Assembly (NCBI GenBank): GCA_017412115.1
Contig: JAFPYR010000098.1
Span: 37,171-101,170 of the forward strand
Origin: Bacteroidales bacterium
GTDB taxonomy: Bacteria > Bacteroidota > Bacteroidia > Bacteroidales > UBA3824
Length of the DNA stretch: 64,000 bases
Direction: 5' to 3'
In this document: one piece after another, positions 19,344-28,821 of the stretch
Layout: every line of letters starts with the position of its first letter
Numbering within the stretch: the stretch's first letter is position 1
Translations under genes and position numbers: made by a program
The notes under the pieces: generated by a model
Databases searched by the model: none
What the model saw: only the letters and a program-made list of their open reading frames with translations
Told to the model about the DNA's origin: nothing

Positions 19344-20376
19344 TCAGATTAGTTTTCTAAATCTTTTCCCTAAAAAAACAAATGATATATATTTATTCAA
19401 ACCTAATACATAACCTATTAATATAGGAATACCAATACCCAAAACGAATTTTACAACAGCATCTATATATTCATTAACAAGTACTGGCAAATCGTAAACT
19501 ATCATAAAATGAGCAGTATATATAATCAATGTCCTTTGCCCCAAAAATGACAAAGTTTTTTTCAGCAATTCAAACACATATTGTTTTACAAAACAATATA
19601 ATGCAATTATTGAAATAATTCCTGCAATTTGGATTATGTATTTCGCCAAAATATAAAATACTAATCTTTCATAACTAACAATTAAAATAGGTACTTTCTT
19701 TAATTCCAAGTAATCAAATAAAGGTGTTTCTATAAGAAAATGCGACGGGAAACGCCAAAATATCAGGAGATTACCAAATAGTATTATAGCCACAATCTTT
19801 ATTAATGACTTGTATTCTACCGACCGTCCTTTCCATATTATATCCAATTTGTATCCTAATAAAAAAAAATACATAGTGTATTACAATTAGATCAAATCCG
19901 AAATAATGAAATTGAGTTACCCCATATAATATGGTCGTTATTACAACAATTAGAACAAATCCTATATCACTTTTTAAAGTATTAGATAAAATCTGTCCCA
20001 TATAAATAAAAAAAGTAATCCAACTAAGTACCCACAAAAACCACAGTTTATGATCCGGATATAAAAACATAGTAACCATTGCGTCTAACGGGTTGTTTCT
20101 ATCTCGAATGCAAATATATACCACCCCCCAAACAACAAATGGCATAAACAACGAAAGCATACGCCGTAGCACATACTTACATTCAAATTCTTTATGACCA
20201 AGACTCAAAGAATAACCAGATAAAAACATAAAGAATGCCATATGGAATGAATAGATAGTAGCAAAAACAAATCCTCCTATATCAACTTTGAACACAAATT
20301 GTAATATATGTCCAAATAACATTAATAAAATTGCAATGCCTTTCAGTTCGTCTATTAATGTATTCCGTGATTCCAT
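19344..20376 (-). pseudogene. Acyltransferase family 3 (O-acyltransferase) split by a frameshift in a T9 tract
   Basis: The N-terminal ORF (19771-20376, LKGIAILLMLFGH ...) and C-terminal ORF (19344-19874) overlap in different frames. A 1-nt shift inside the T9 run (A9 on the + strand, 19857-19865) fuses them to ...IHYVFFFLLGYKLD..., one ~340-aa multi-TM acyltransferase-3 protein. Confidence 0.75.
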
Positions 20377-20386
20377 CTTTTATCAA

Positions 20387-21487
20387 TCAAAAAGCATTTA
20401 CACAATCCACCACATACTCCGCCTCTTCCCAAGTCAAACACGGACTCATCGGCAGACTAAGTTCCTGATTATGTATTTTTTCTGTTATAGGTAAAGAAAT
20501 ATTATTCCATTTTTTGTAACACTCTTGTTTATGAGGTGGGATGGGGTAATGAATCAACGTCTGAATACCGCTGTCTTTAAGATATTGTTGAAAATTATTT
20601 CGTTCTCTGCAAAAGACGGGAAAAAGATGATATACGTTGTTTTTGTCGGCAATACGCTTCGGTAAAACAATTTTGGAATTATTGATGTTTTCGTAATAAT
20701 ATTTTGCAATCTTCTGACGGCAAACGTTATCCTCGTCCAAATGTCTGAGTTTTACGTCCAAAACCGCAGCCTGAATCTCGTCTAAACGCGAATTTCTACC
20801 GCAATATTTAAAAACGTATTTCTTTTGCGAACCATAGTTTGCCAATGCGCGTATACATTCGGCAAGTTGCTGATTGTCTGTCGTTACTGCGCCACCATCA
20901 CCCAAAGCACCAAGATTTTTACCGGGGTAGAAACTATGTCCGGCTGCATCACCAAGCGAACCTGTCCGTTTGTCTTTAAAACAGCAACCGTGAGCCTGAG
21001 CATTGTCTTCAATTAGTTTGAGATTGTATTTTTTGCAAAGTGCGCCAATTTTCTCGGTGTAAGCACAACGTCCGTAGAGATGAACAATCATAATAGCCCT
21101 TGTTTTTGGCGTGATTCGTTCCTCTATTTTGGAGTCGTCAATCTCCAAATTATCAAACGTCGGCTCAACTAAGATTGGTTTAAGGTTGTTTTCGGTAATT
21201 GCGAGAATTGTCGCGATATAAGTATTGGCAGGAACAATAACTTCATCACCGTCGTGCATTATATCCAACTCTTTGTACGCTCTGAGTATCAAAAACAAAG
21301 CGTCCAATCCGTTGGCACAACCAATGCAATATTCTGTGCCAATGAACTTTGCAAAGTTTTCTTCAAAACTCTTATTCTCGCTACCTTGAAGATACCAACC
21401 CGAATTAACAACACGCAAAACAGCAGCGTTAATTTCTTCGGAATATTTTTCAGTAACGGACTTTAACGGTAAAAACGGTATTTGCAT
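20387..21487 (-). CDS. DegT/DnrJ/EryC1 aminotransferase, FdtB/QdtB-like (dTDP-3-amino-3,6-dideoxyhexose transaminase)
   Basis: PFLPLK ... SGWYLQG ... FEENFAKF ... GCANGLDAL ... [13 protein letters not shown]-Lys region [18 protein letters not shown]. Sits with FdtA- and FdtC-like genes. Confidence 0.8.
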   Translation of the reverse strand: MQIPFLPLKSVTEKYSEEINAAVLRVVNSGWYLQGSENKSFEENFAKFIGTEYCIGCANGLDALFLILRAYKELDIMHDGDEVIVPANTYIATILAITENNLKPILVEPTFDNLEIDDSKIEERITPKTRAIMIVHLYGRCAYTEKIGALCKKYNLKLIEDNAQAHGCCFKDKRTGSLGDAAGHSFYPGKNLGALGDGGAVTTDNQQLAECIRALANYGSQKKYVFKYCGRNSRLDEIQAAVLDVKLRHLDEDNVCRQKIAKYYYENINNSKIVLPKRIADKNNVYHLFPVFCRERNNFQQYLKDSGIQTLIHYPIPPHKQECYKKWNNISLPITEKIHNQELSLPMSPCLTWEEAEYVVDCVNAF

Positions 21488-21489
21488 AA

Positions 21490-21954
21490 TTATATTTTTC
21501 TTGCGAATTTAGCAGGATTACCATACCAAACTTCTCCGTCAGGCACGTTTTTGGTTACAACACTTCCTGCTCCAATCATGGCATTTTCGCCTATCGTTAC
21601 TCCGCAAAGTATTGTGGCGTTAGCACCGATACTTGCGCCTTTTTTTATAATTGTCTTCAAATACACTTTCGGATGAACTTTTGACCGTGGAAACAAGTCA
21701 TTTGTAAAAGTTACATTAGGACCGATAAACACATTATCTTCAACCGTAACGCCATCCCAAAGCTGAACTCCACTTTTTACAGTTACATTATTTCCTATAA
21801 CAACATCGTTATCGACAAGAACGCTTGCACAAATATTACAATTACTGCCAATTTTTGCCTCAGGCAGGACAACGCAGAATTGCCATATATTTGTGTTTTC
21901 ACCTATATTCTGGCTCTGTACATCTGATAATTTATGAATCATACTTTCTATCAA
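21490..21954 (-). CDS. Left-handed beta-helix N-acetyltransferase, FdtC/QdtC-like
   Basis: Hexapeptide repeats ([41 protein letters not shown]) and a WYGNPAK tail. An alternative start at 21942 reduces the overlap with the upstream gene. Confidence 0.75.
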   Translation of the reverse strand: MIESMIHKLSDVQSQNIGENTNIWQFCVVLPEAKIGSNCNICASVLVDNDVVIGNNVTVKSGVQLWDGVTVEDNVFIGPNVTFTNDLFPRSKVHPKVYLKTIIKKGASIGANATILCGVTIGENAMIGAGSVVTKNVPDGEVWYGNPAKFARKI

Positions 21955-22981
21955 ACACCATTAAAAATTTATTTGCAGCAGGCTTTTCATAAAACTTATG
22001 AACAACTGCACTTCCTATTAATACAAAAGCAAATTGTAAAAACGATTTATAAATAAAATTTATTTCTAATCCTAAATGCGAGATAACTAATCCAACAAAT
22101 GCTATACCAAGCGTATGCAGCATATAGAAAGTAAAGCTAATTTCACCTAAATAATTAAAAAGCTTTACACTTAGCAACTTTGAAAAAACATTTTTATCGA
22201 AAAGTGCAAAAGATAAAACCAACATTGCACTCGGAATAAAGAATAAAGCCTGAAAATGCAAACATTCAGGAACATATTTATAAACAAATATTGCAATACC
22301 TGTTATCAGTACAGAAAGGACTTGAAACACAATTCCAAGCATATTTTTATTTTCAAGTTTATCTTTCGTTGTTGTATAAAGCTTATAAAGTAACACTCCA
22401 ATATAAAAATCCGAAAATCTAAACAACGGATTTATATAAACAAAGGCATGAACATAATCTTTAGGAATAAGCGGAAGCAATATTCCATAAAGTACAAAAT
22501 ATATTACTGAAAATGAAATTACTCTATTTTTTTTCTGCAATAGTCTTATTACAAAAGGAAATACCGCATAGAAGAAAAACAAATCGGAAAGACACCAGCT
22601 GACTGCATTTCCTGAAAAATAGACCGTTTGTTTTGGAATCCAGCTTTGAACAAGGAAAAGGTTACAAATTATACTTAATATTTGTCCCTCGCCACACGAT
22701 ACAACTGACTTAATATTTAAACCAAGCCACAAAAAAAGACAAAGCAAATGGAGCGGATAAAGCCGTGCAAATCTCTTGAACAAAAACTTTTTATAGCTGA
22801 AGTCCGGCGCAAGAACTTTTTCTTTATACCCATAGCACATTACAAAGCCCGAAAGCATCAGAAAGAATGAAACTGCACAAGGTCCAAATGCTACAAGGTA
22901 TGGATTATCGATAGAATTCTTATGATGACAGAAAATCATAAGTGCATTGAAAAATCTCAATGCAGAAAAGGCTACTATCAT
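21932..22981 (-). CDS. Acyltransferase family 3 (membrane O-acyltransferase)
   Basis: 349 aa with ~10 TM helices. N-terminal [13 protein letters not shown] and internal motifs are typical of the OafA/acyltransferase_3 family. Confidence 0.8.
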   Translation of the reverse strand: MIVAFSALRFFNALMIFCHHKNSIDNPYLVAFGPCAVSFFLMLSGFVMCYGYKEKVLAPDFSYKKFLFKRFARLYPLHLLCLFLWLGLNIKSVVSCGEGQILSIICNLFLVQSWIPKQTVYFSGNAVSWCLSDLFFFYAVFPFVIRLLQKKNRVISFSVIYFVLYGILLPLIPKDYVHAFVYINPLFRFSDFYIGVLLYKLYTTTKDKLENKNMLGIVFQVLSVLITGIAIFVYKYVPECLHFQALFFIPSAMLVLSFALFDKNVFSKLLSVKLFNYLGEISFTFYMLHTLGIAFVGLVISHLGLEINFIYKSFLQFAFVLIGSAVVHKFYEKPAANKFLMVFDRKYDS

Positions 22982-22982
22982 T

Positions 22983-23378
22983 TTACTTCAGCTTCAGATA
23001 TTCATCATAATCTCGGATATACTCACCACAGTCATAATGAGTAGAAGCAAGCACTAAAAGAACAGAATCTGGTGAAAAATCATACATTTCTTTCCAAACC
23101 ATTTTTGGAAGATACACCCCCTGTCGTGGTTTTGTAAGTTCCACAATCTGCTTTTCATTTCCGTCCGTAACCATAACTTTTGAAGTTCCGCTTACATTAA
23201 TAAGCACAAACTCGCTGTCACGATTAGCATGTTTTCCTCGCACTACATCGCTATCGGAGCCATATATGTAGAAAAGTCTCTTAATTTCAAAAGGCACATC
23301 TTTTTTGCCTTCTACTATTACAAGTTTTCCTCTATCATCACCTTTTTCGTTAAATTCAAGCAATCTGCAAAGTTCCAT
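22983..23378 (-). CDS. WxcM/FdtA-like cupin (dTDP-4-keto-6-deoxyhexose 3,4-ketoisomerase)
   Basis: 131 aa. DDRGKLVIVEG ... PFEIKRLFYIY ... RGKHANR ... VYLPKMVWKEM fits the FdtA/QdtA family. Confidence 0.8.
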   Translation of the reverse strand: MELCRLLEFNEKGDDRGKLVIVEGKKDVPFEIKRLFYIYGSDSDVVRGKHANRDSEFVLINVSGTSKVMVTDGNEKQIVELTKPRQGVYLPKMVWKEMYDFSPDSVLLVLASTHYDCGEYIRDYDEYLKLK

Positions 23379-23380
23379 TT

Positions 23381-23391
23381 CACCTCCTCCC
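23381..23391 (-). promoter_or_regulatory. Strong Shine-Dalgarno-like sequence (GGGAGGAGGTG) in front of the fdtA-like gene
   Basis: The minus strand reads GGGAGGAGGTGAA ATG. The GGAGGTGA stretch is complementary to the canonical 16S 3' end. Confidence 0.5.
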
Positions 23392-23510
23392 TATGCTGCA
23401 ACGCATTTATATAAAATGATCTAATTTTAATCGCTACTATGAGCAACGGTTGCACACAAATCTTCCATTGACATATCATACATATTTTTATACGACACCA
23501 TATCTTTCTC

Positions 23511-23547
23511 TTGCAACAATAATGATTCAATAAACATATTGTTGCAA
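23511..23547. repeat. Perfect 11-bp inverted repeat (hairpin) in a 385-bp non-coding gap
   Basis: TTGCAACAATA - 15 nt - TATTGTTGCAA. There is no U-run on either strand. Confidence 0.85.
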
Positions 23548-23763
23548 CCACTATTCTATGCTTTCATGACTATCAAGAGCAAGATTTATCTTACGAACTC
23601 TCTCTCCGTCCACTTTCATACTAACGATACACATTTTTTATATTATTTAAAGTTTCCGCTACAAAAGTATATTTTTTTTCTATTCAAAACAACTTTTAAT
23701 TATTTCAATTATAATATCTTGTTGTTCAGGAGTCATTTTGTTGTCGCTCGGCAAACACAAAAC

Positions 23764-24351
23764 TTACCTAAAAATCTTAAAAACAGTCAAGAATATTATT
23801 TTGAAGTATTCTTTTAAAGTTTGATTTTCAATATATTTCATATTGAGTTTGATTTTTTCTGGCATAATTTCCTCAATATATGTTTTATCGGGGTCGGAAG
23901 ATTTGCCGAGAATTTCGTTTTCGTCAACATATTCTATTGACGCATAATCCGTTATACCCGGACGAACAGACAAAACCTTTTTCTGCTCGTCAGTGTACAT
24001 ATCAACGTATTTTCTTACTTCAGGACGCGGACCAACCAAACTCATATCACCTTTCAAAACGTTGAAAAGTTGTGGCAATTCGTCAATTTTGAATTTACGG
24101 ATAAAATACCCAATTTTTGTAATTCTCGGATCTCTGCCGCCGACAGTTATAAGACTACCTTTGTCAGCATTTTGACGCATCGAACGAAACTTATAAAGCG
24201 AAAAATCTTTTCCGTCTTTGCCAACTCTTATTTGACGGTAAAAACCGCCGCCCTTGCTCGTCAAAACAATTATCAACCAGATAATTACGAACAAAGGCGA
24301 AAGTATTACCAATCCAAAAAATGAATACAATATATCAAAAAAGCGAATCAT
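23764..24351 (-). CDS. Small monotopic phosphoglycosyl transferase (initiating sugar-1-phosphate transferase, PglC/WcfS-like)
   Basis: 195 aa with one N-terminal re-entrant helix. Motifs: YRQIRVGKDGKDFSLYKFRSM, DELPQLFNVLKGDMSLVGPRPE. Confidence 0.88.
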   Translation of the reverse strand: MIRFFDILYSFFGLVILSPLFVIIWLIIVLTSKGGGFYRQIRVGKDGKDFSLYKFRSMRQNADKGSLITVGGRDPRITKIGYFIRKFKIDELPQLFNVLKGDMSLVGPRPEVRKYVDMYTDEQKKVLSVRPGITDYASIEYVDENEILGKSSDPDKTYIEEIMPEKIKLNMKYIENQTLKEYFKIIFLTVFKIFR

Positions 24352-25565
24352 TTTCCTACTACTTTGTTGTAAGAATCTATAACGGTTTTGATTACAAACT
24401 CAACTTTTTCGTCATCTAATTGAGGATAAATAGGTAACGAAATTTCACAACTATAATTTTTATAAGCTTGCGGATAGTTTTTGATGTCGTAACCCAACCC
24501 TTTAAAGAACGAAAGCATTGGCATTGGGATAAAATGAACATTAACAGCTACTTCGTTTTTAGAAATTTCGTCAATCATTTTATCACGCATTTCTTCTGTA
24601 AAGTTCTTGATTCTCAAAGCAAAAATATGATAAGAAGTCTCTTTTTCTCCGGAAATTGACGGCGGTAAGATTGCCCAGTCAAGTTTTGAAAAAGCCTGTG
24701 CGTATGTATCAAAAACGCGTTTTCTTTCTTTCAACAGTCCCGCGTATTGACGGATTTGAGCCAAACCTATTGCAGCATTTACGTCTGCCATATTTATTTT
24801 CATGCCCTGACCGACAATATCATAACGCCAACCGCCGGCTTTGCTCTTAGAAAATGCGTCTTTGGTCTGACAATTCAACGCACGCATTCTGAGTTCTGCA
24901 TAAAGTTGCTTATTGTCAAAAGGGTGAGGCAAATTCAAACAAATAGCACCGCCTTCCGCCGTTGTTACATTTTTTACAGCATGGAGTGAGAAAATTGCAA
25001 CGTCAGTTTCGCTGCCGGTGTTAACGCCTTTTTTATAATGTGCGCCAAGCGAATGTGCGGCATCGTTCAAAACCAAAATACGACCCAACTTCTCTTGAAC
25101 AGGTGATTCTGCACGGAATTTCTTTTTAATTTCCGGTTCGTTCACGAGATTCATAATTGCATCATAATCACAAGGATAACCGGCAATATCAACGGGAAGA
25201 ATCGCTTTGGTTTTTTCCGTAATTGCATTTCTGATTGCATCAACAGAAATATCAAAATCATCGTTAGAATCTACCATAACAGGTTTTCCTCCTGCCCAAA
25301 GCACAGCCATTGCGGTAGCGCAATAAGTATATGCAGGAACGATAACTTCGTCGCCCTCTTTCAGCCCCAACCATCTGAGCATCAATATAGCTCCCGAAGT
25401 CCAAGAATTAACACCTAAAACGCTTTTAGCACCTGAAAGTTTTTTTATTTCTTCCTCTAAGGCTTTGACTTTCGGACCTGTTGTTATCCAACCGGATTTC
25501 AAAGAATCAGTTACTTCTGATATTACACTTTCGTCAATATATGGCGGTGAAAATGGTATTTTCAT
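24348..25565 (-). CDS. DegT-family aminotransferase, PglE/WcfR-like (UDP-4-amino-4,6-dideoxy-HexNAc transaminase)
   Basis: PFSPPYIDE ... SGWITTGPKV ... VIVPAYTYCATA ... FSLHAVKNVTTAEGGAI. 4-nt overlap with the downstream PGT gene. Confidence 0.85.
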   Translation of the reverse strand: MKIPFSPPYIDESVISEVTDSLKSGWITTGPKVKALEEEIKKLSGAKSVLGVNSWTSGAILMLRWLGLKEGDEVIVPAYTYCATAMAVLWAGGKPVMVDSNDDFDISVDAIRNAITEKTKAILPVDIAGYPCDYDAIMNLVNEPEIKKKFRAESPVQEKLGRILVLNDAAHSLGAHYKKGVNTGSETDVAIFSLHAVKNVTTAEGGAICLNLPHPFDNKQLYAELRMRALNCQTKDAFSKSKAGGWRYDIVGQGMKINMADVNAAIGLAQIRQYAGLLKERKRVFDTYAQAFSKLDWAILPPSISGEKETSYHIFALRIKNFTEEMRDKMIDEISKNEVAVNVHFIPMPMLSFFKGLGYDIKNYPQAYKNYSCEISLPIYPQLDDEKVEFVIKTVIDSYNKVVGK

Positions 25566-25605
25566 TTTTTTATATGATTTTTTTTAATTATACTTTTATA
25601 TAAAA

Positions 25606-27330
25606 TTATTTAAATTGAAAATCTTTTGCAATAATTTTCTTTGAAGAAAAACTATCTATTGTAAACTCGTAAGTGTAAATATTGCCTTTTTCAAGATGGA
25701 CTTTATATTGAATCAGTTCATCACTTAAATTCGTGTTACCTCGAAGATTAATATAATAATCTCCTGTTTCATCATCGTTAATATAAAAACCAGAAAAACA
25801 TCCAAGTTCCGATTTGTAATCAATCAATTTATAGCTATCATTACGTGGATTGTGAAGTTGGATACCCAAATAACTAAAACTATTATTTGCGACATCGGTA
25901 GTAAATACATAATTAGAATCAGTAACAACAACTCCTCCCGATATATCTACACGTTCAAGATTAACTTGAGATTGAACTGCAATAAATTTACTCTTTGTTC
26001 CATCGGAATACTGTACAAAAATATTACCTGATTCATTTATTATTTGTATCAAATCGGTAGAATAATAGCCATCAATAAGTTTGCAATCATAAACTTTATT
26101 ATCCAATTGTAACCATACATACTCTGCATTATTTTGGTTTGGACAGACAAAAGCAATGGTATTCCCCAATTGCTTGTAGTCAATCGTATAATTTCTATCG
26201 GTAAAAGATTCTTGATGCAGAGAAGGATTAAATTTAAGATTTTTCATGCGTTCTTGATTAAAATACCCATTGCCAAATACATATTCAGCTACTTCAAAAA
26301 CAACAGCATCTGGATGAAACATATTGACATATTTATCGAAATCAAGAATATTTTGATAATTATGTATAGCAATTTCCGTTTTTGCATTTGCAATCATAAA
26401 AGAGTTGCGATTAAAATAGCTACCCTGAAAAGTAAGAATTTTGGGCAAATTAACTGAATCAATATTAAATCTATAATGGAAGTACGGAAAATTCACATTC
26501 AAAGAAATGTCATCCCTATAAAATTTAGTACTATCAATGAACTCCGTTTTTAATTTAAACTTTTTGATAGGATCAGCAATAGGAAAGTAAGAAACAGGCA
26601 ATGTAGTTGCAATATCTTCAGTTATGTCAAAATCATCAAAAGTCAATAATCTTACATTTGGAAAATCGGCGTGCATTCTTTCAAACAACCTGTTAAAACA
26701 ATAAAACGCACCTAAATCGTTCCAATGTCCGGCATCGTATTGACGATTATAAACCTGCTCTGTAAAACTTTTTTCTTTTAAAAAATCAGAATTATCTATA
26801 TAATTCACTCCCAGGCTATCTAAGCAATGAATAAAATCTTTCACCCAATAATCTTTTGAATATTTAACACCAGGTGCAAAATAACGCTCATAAACATATT
26901 TCTTCTCTGGCTCAAACATAAAATAAAATTTTATACCTCTTTCTACACAATAGTTTTGGAGTTTTAAAACCATTGATGCAAAATCAAAATGAAACTCACT
27001 TATTTGTTGATCCAAACCACCGTACTTAAAAAATACATATCCCTCCTTTCCGTAAGTATAGCCAGGATGCACCATATAGTCAAATACCCAATCGTTTAAA
27101 ACTGTATAAGTAGTAATCATTTGACTACGTAGACCTATTCTATCATTGAGAGCAGCTTCAAACTTTTTATAAAAATCAGCTTCACTAAGCGAATCAGGAT
27201 AATCTTTTAGCATTCGATTATCAATTTTAGATGCTACGTTTTTACCCCGTTCGCTAAGAATTAAAGGAACAATTAATATTAAAAAAAATAGCGTAATAAA
27301 AATTATGTAACTTCTTTTATTCATAATCAT
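25606..27330 (-). CDS. AlgJ/AlgX-like (DHHW/SGNH-type) polysaccharide O-acetylation protein with a long C-terminal extension
   Basis: N-terminal TM anchor. YDAGHWNDLGAFY resembles the D-x-H-W signature of AlgJ/AlgX. Start overlaps the MBOAT stop by 1 nt (TAATG). The ~200 C-terminal residues have no family I recognise. Confidence 0.5.
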   Translation of the reverse strand: MIMNKRSYIIFITLFFLILIVPLILSERGKNVASKIDNRMLKDYPDSLSEADFYKKFEAALNDRIGLRSQMITTYTVLNDWVFDYMVHPGYTYGKEGYVFFKYGGLDQQISEFHFDFASMVLKLQNYCVERGIKFYFMFEPEKKYVYERYFAPGVKYSKDYWVKDFIHCLDSLGVNYIDNSDFLKEKSFTEQVYNRQYDAGHWNDLGAFYCFNRLFERMHADFPNVRLLTFDDFDITEDIATTLPVSYFPIADPIKKFKLKTEFIDSTKFYRDDISLNVNFPYFHYRFNIDSVNLPKILTFQGSYFNRNSFMIANAKTEIAIHNYQNILDFDKYVNMFHPDAVVFEVAEYVFGNGYFNQERMKNLKFNPSLHQESFTDRNYTIDYKQLGNTIAFVCPNQNNAEYVWLQLDNKVYDCKLIDGYYSTDLIQIINESGNIFVQYSDGTKSKFIAVQSQVNLERVDISGGVVVTDSNYVFTTDVANNSFSYLGIQLHNPRNDSYKLIDYKSELGCFSGFYINDDETGDYYINLRGNTNLSDELIQYKVHLEKGNIYTYEFTIDSFSSKKIIAKDFQFK

Positions 27331-28799
27331 TAAAATTGGAAATAAATAAACGGACTATAAGTAGAATTAATAATAAACAAAATGCTTACTACAAAAAGTA
27401 ACAAACAAACAACAGCTTTTGTTATTTTACATACATTATATTGTAAAAACTGCTCAATCTTTGTTTTAACAAAAGGAATATAGCCGACAATAGAACCCAA
27501 AATTGCGATAAGCAATGTAATTTTTATCTTATTGTCAAAATAGTATTCCCAAGAAAAATTGAGTTCGCCATCATAAATTGGCCGCACCATATTCTTCAGA
27601 TAATCAACAAATTGAGTAAAATCATAACATGAGAATAACAACCACGAGAAATATAAAAATATCGGAATATAAATATGTCCTAAGAAATCAGGAATGTACT
27701 TGCTTAAATTGTTATTTTTGAAAAATCGTTCTACAATAACCGCAATACCGTTAACAAGACCCCAAATAACAAAAGTCCACCCTATTCCGTGCCATATCCC
27801 AGTAAATGCGAATACTACAAAAAGATTAAAATAAACATTTCCGTTTCGACTTCCTCCCATTGGTATATATACATATTCTCTAAACCAACTGCCAAGCGAA
27901 ATATGCCATCTACGCCAAAACTCACCTACTGATTTTGACATATACGGATAGTTGAAGTTTTCTTTTATATTCACACCAAAAACTTTACATAGTCCGATTG
28001 CGATATCAGAATATCCTGAAAAGTCAAAATAAATTTGAAACATATACAACAATGCAGCAATCCAATACATTGGAATGTCTGTTTGAGGTAATTGTTCCAA
28101 AACATCCGAACTAAATAACTTAGGATTTCCGATATGCATAACATTGTGCATTTCTGCAATTTTAGCTCCTAATGTATCTGCAATAATAACTTTTTTAGCA
28201 TATCCTATACAAATACGTTCAATACCGTGCCAAATATTATTAGCTGAATTATTCACAAAAAAACTATCTTTCTGATAGTCTTTCCACAAGACAATAGGAC
28301 CTGAAAGTAGTTTTGGAAAAAATAATAGATATAATACCGTATCTAAATAATTACCAGCTTTTGCATCTCCACGATAAATGTCAGTAATATAAGATATGGA
28401 CGTAAACACAAGAAATGATAGACCTATTGGAATAATAATTTTTGTAGTTTCACCATAAAAAGAGTTGAATACGCTTGTATCAATTACGGATGATAATTTG
28501 TAGTAGAATATTGTACAAATAGCAACCAAAGATGAAACAATCAACCACGTCAACCTTTTTTTCGTATCTGATGCTATCCTTAATTTGTTTTCATAAATAA
28601 GATTACCTACAAGATAAACAACAGAAGAATAAAAAAGAAAGAAAAACATCGTTTCGGGCTGAACCCAGTAACAAAAAAACAGCGTCAAAAGCAATAAATA
28701 TATTTTTGTAACTACCTGATTTTTTGTCAATGAGACTAAAAAATACCCAAGAATAGAAATCGGTAAAAATAAAAATACAAATGTAAGTGAAGTAATCAT
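27330..28799 (-). CDS. MBOAT family O-acyltransferase (AlgI/DltB-like)
   Basis: Multi-TM protein with FWRRWHISLGSWFREYVYIPMGGSRNG and the conserved His region (GIWHG). Confidence 0.9.
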   Translation of the reverse strand: MITSLTFVFLFLPISILGYFLVSLTKNQVVTKIYLLLLTLFFCYWVQPETMFFFLFYSSVVYLVGNLIYENKLRIASDTKKRLTWLIVSSLVAICTIFYYKLSSVIDTSVFNSFYGETTKIIIPIGLSFLVFTSISYITDIYRGDAKAGNYLDTVLYLLFFPKLLSGPIVLWKDYQKDSFFVNNSANNIWHGIERICIGYAKKVIIADTLGAKIAEMHNVMHIGNPKLFSSDVLEQLPQTDIPMYWIAALLYMFQIYFDFSGYSDIAIGLCKVFGVNIKENFNYPYMSKSVGEFWRRWHISLGSWFREYVYIPMGGSRNGNVYFNLFVVFAFTGIWHGIGWTFVIWGLVNGIAVIVERFFKNNNLSKYIPDFLGHIYIPIFLYFSWLLFSCYDFTQFVDYLKNMVRPIYDGELNFSWEYYFDNKIKITLLIAILGSIVGYIPFVKTKIEQFLQYNVCKITKAVVCLLLFVVSILFIINSTYSPFIYFQF

Positions 28800-28821
28800 T
28801 AATGGAATATGTTAAAATGTA

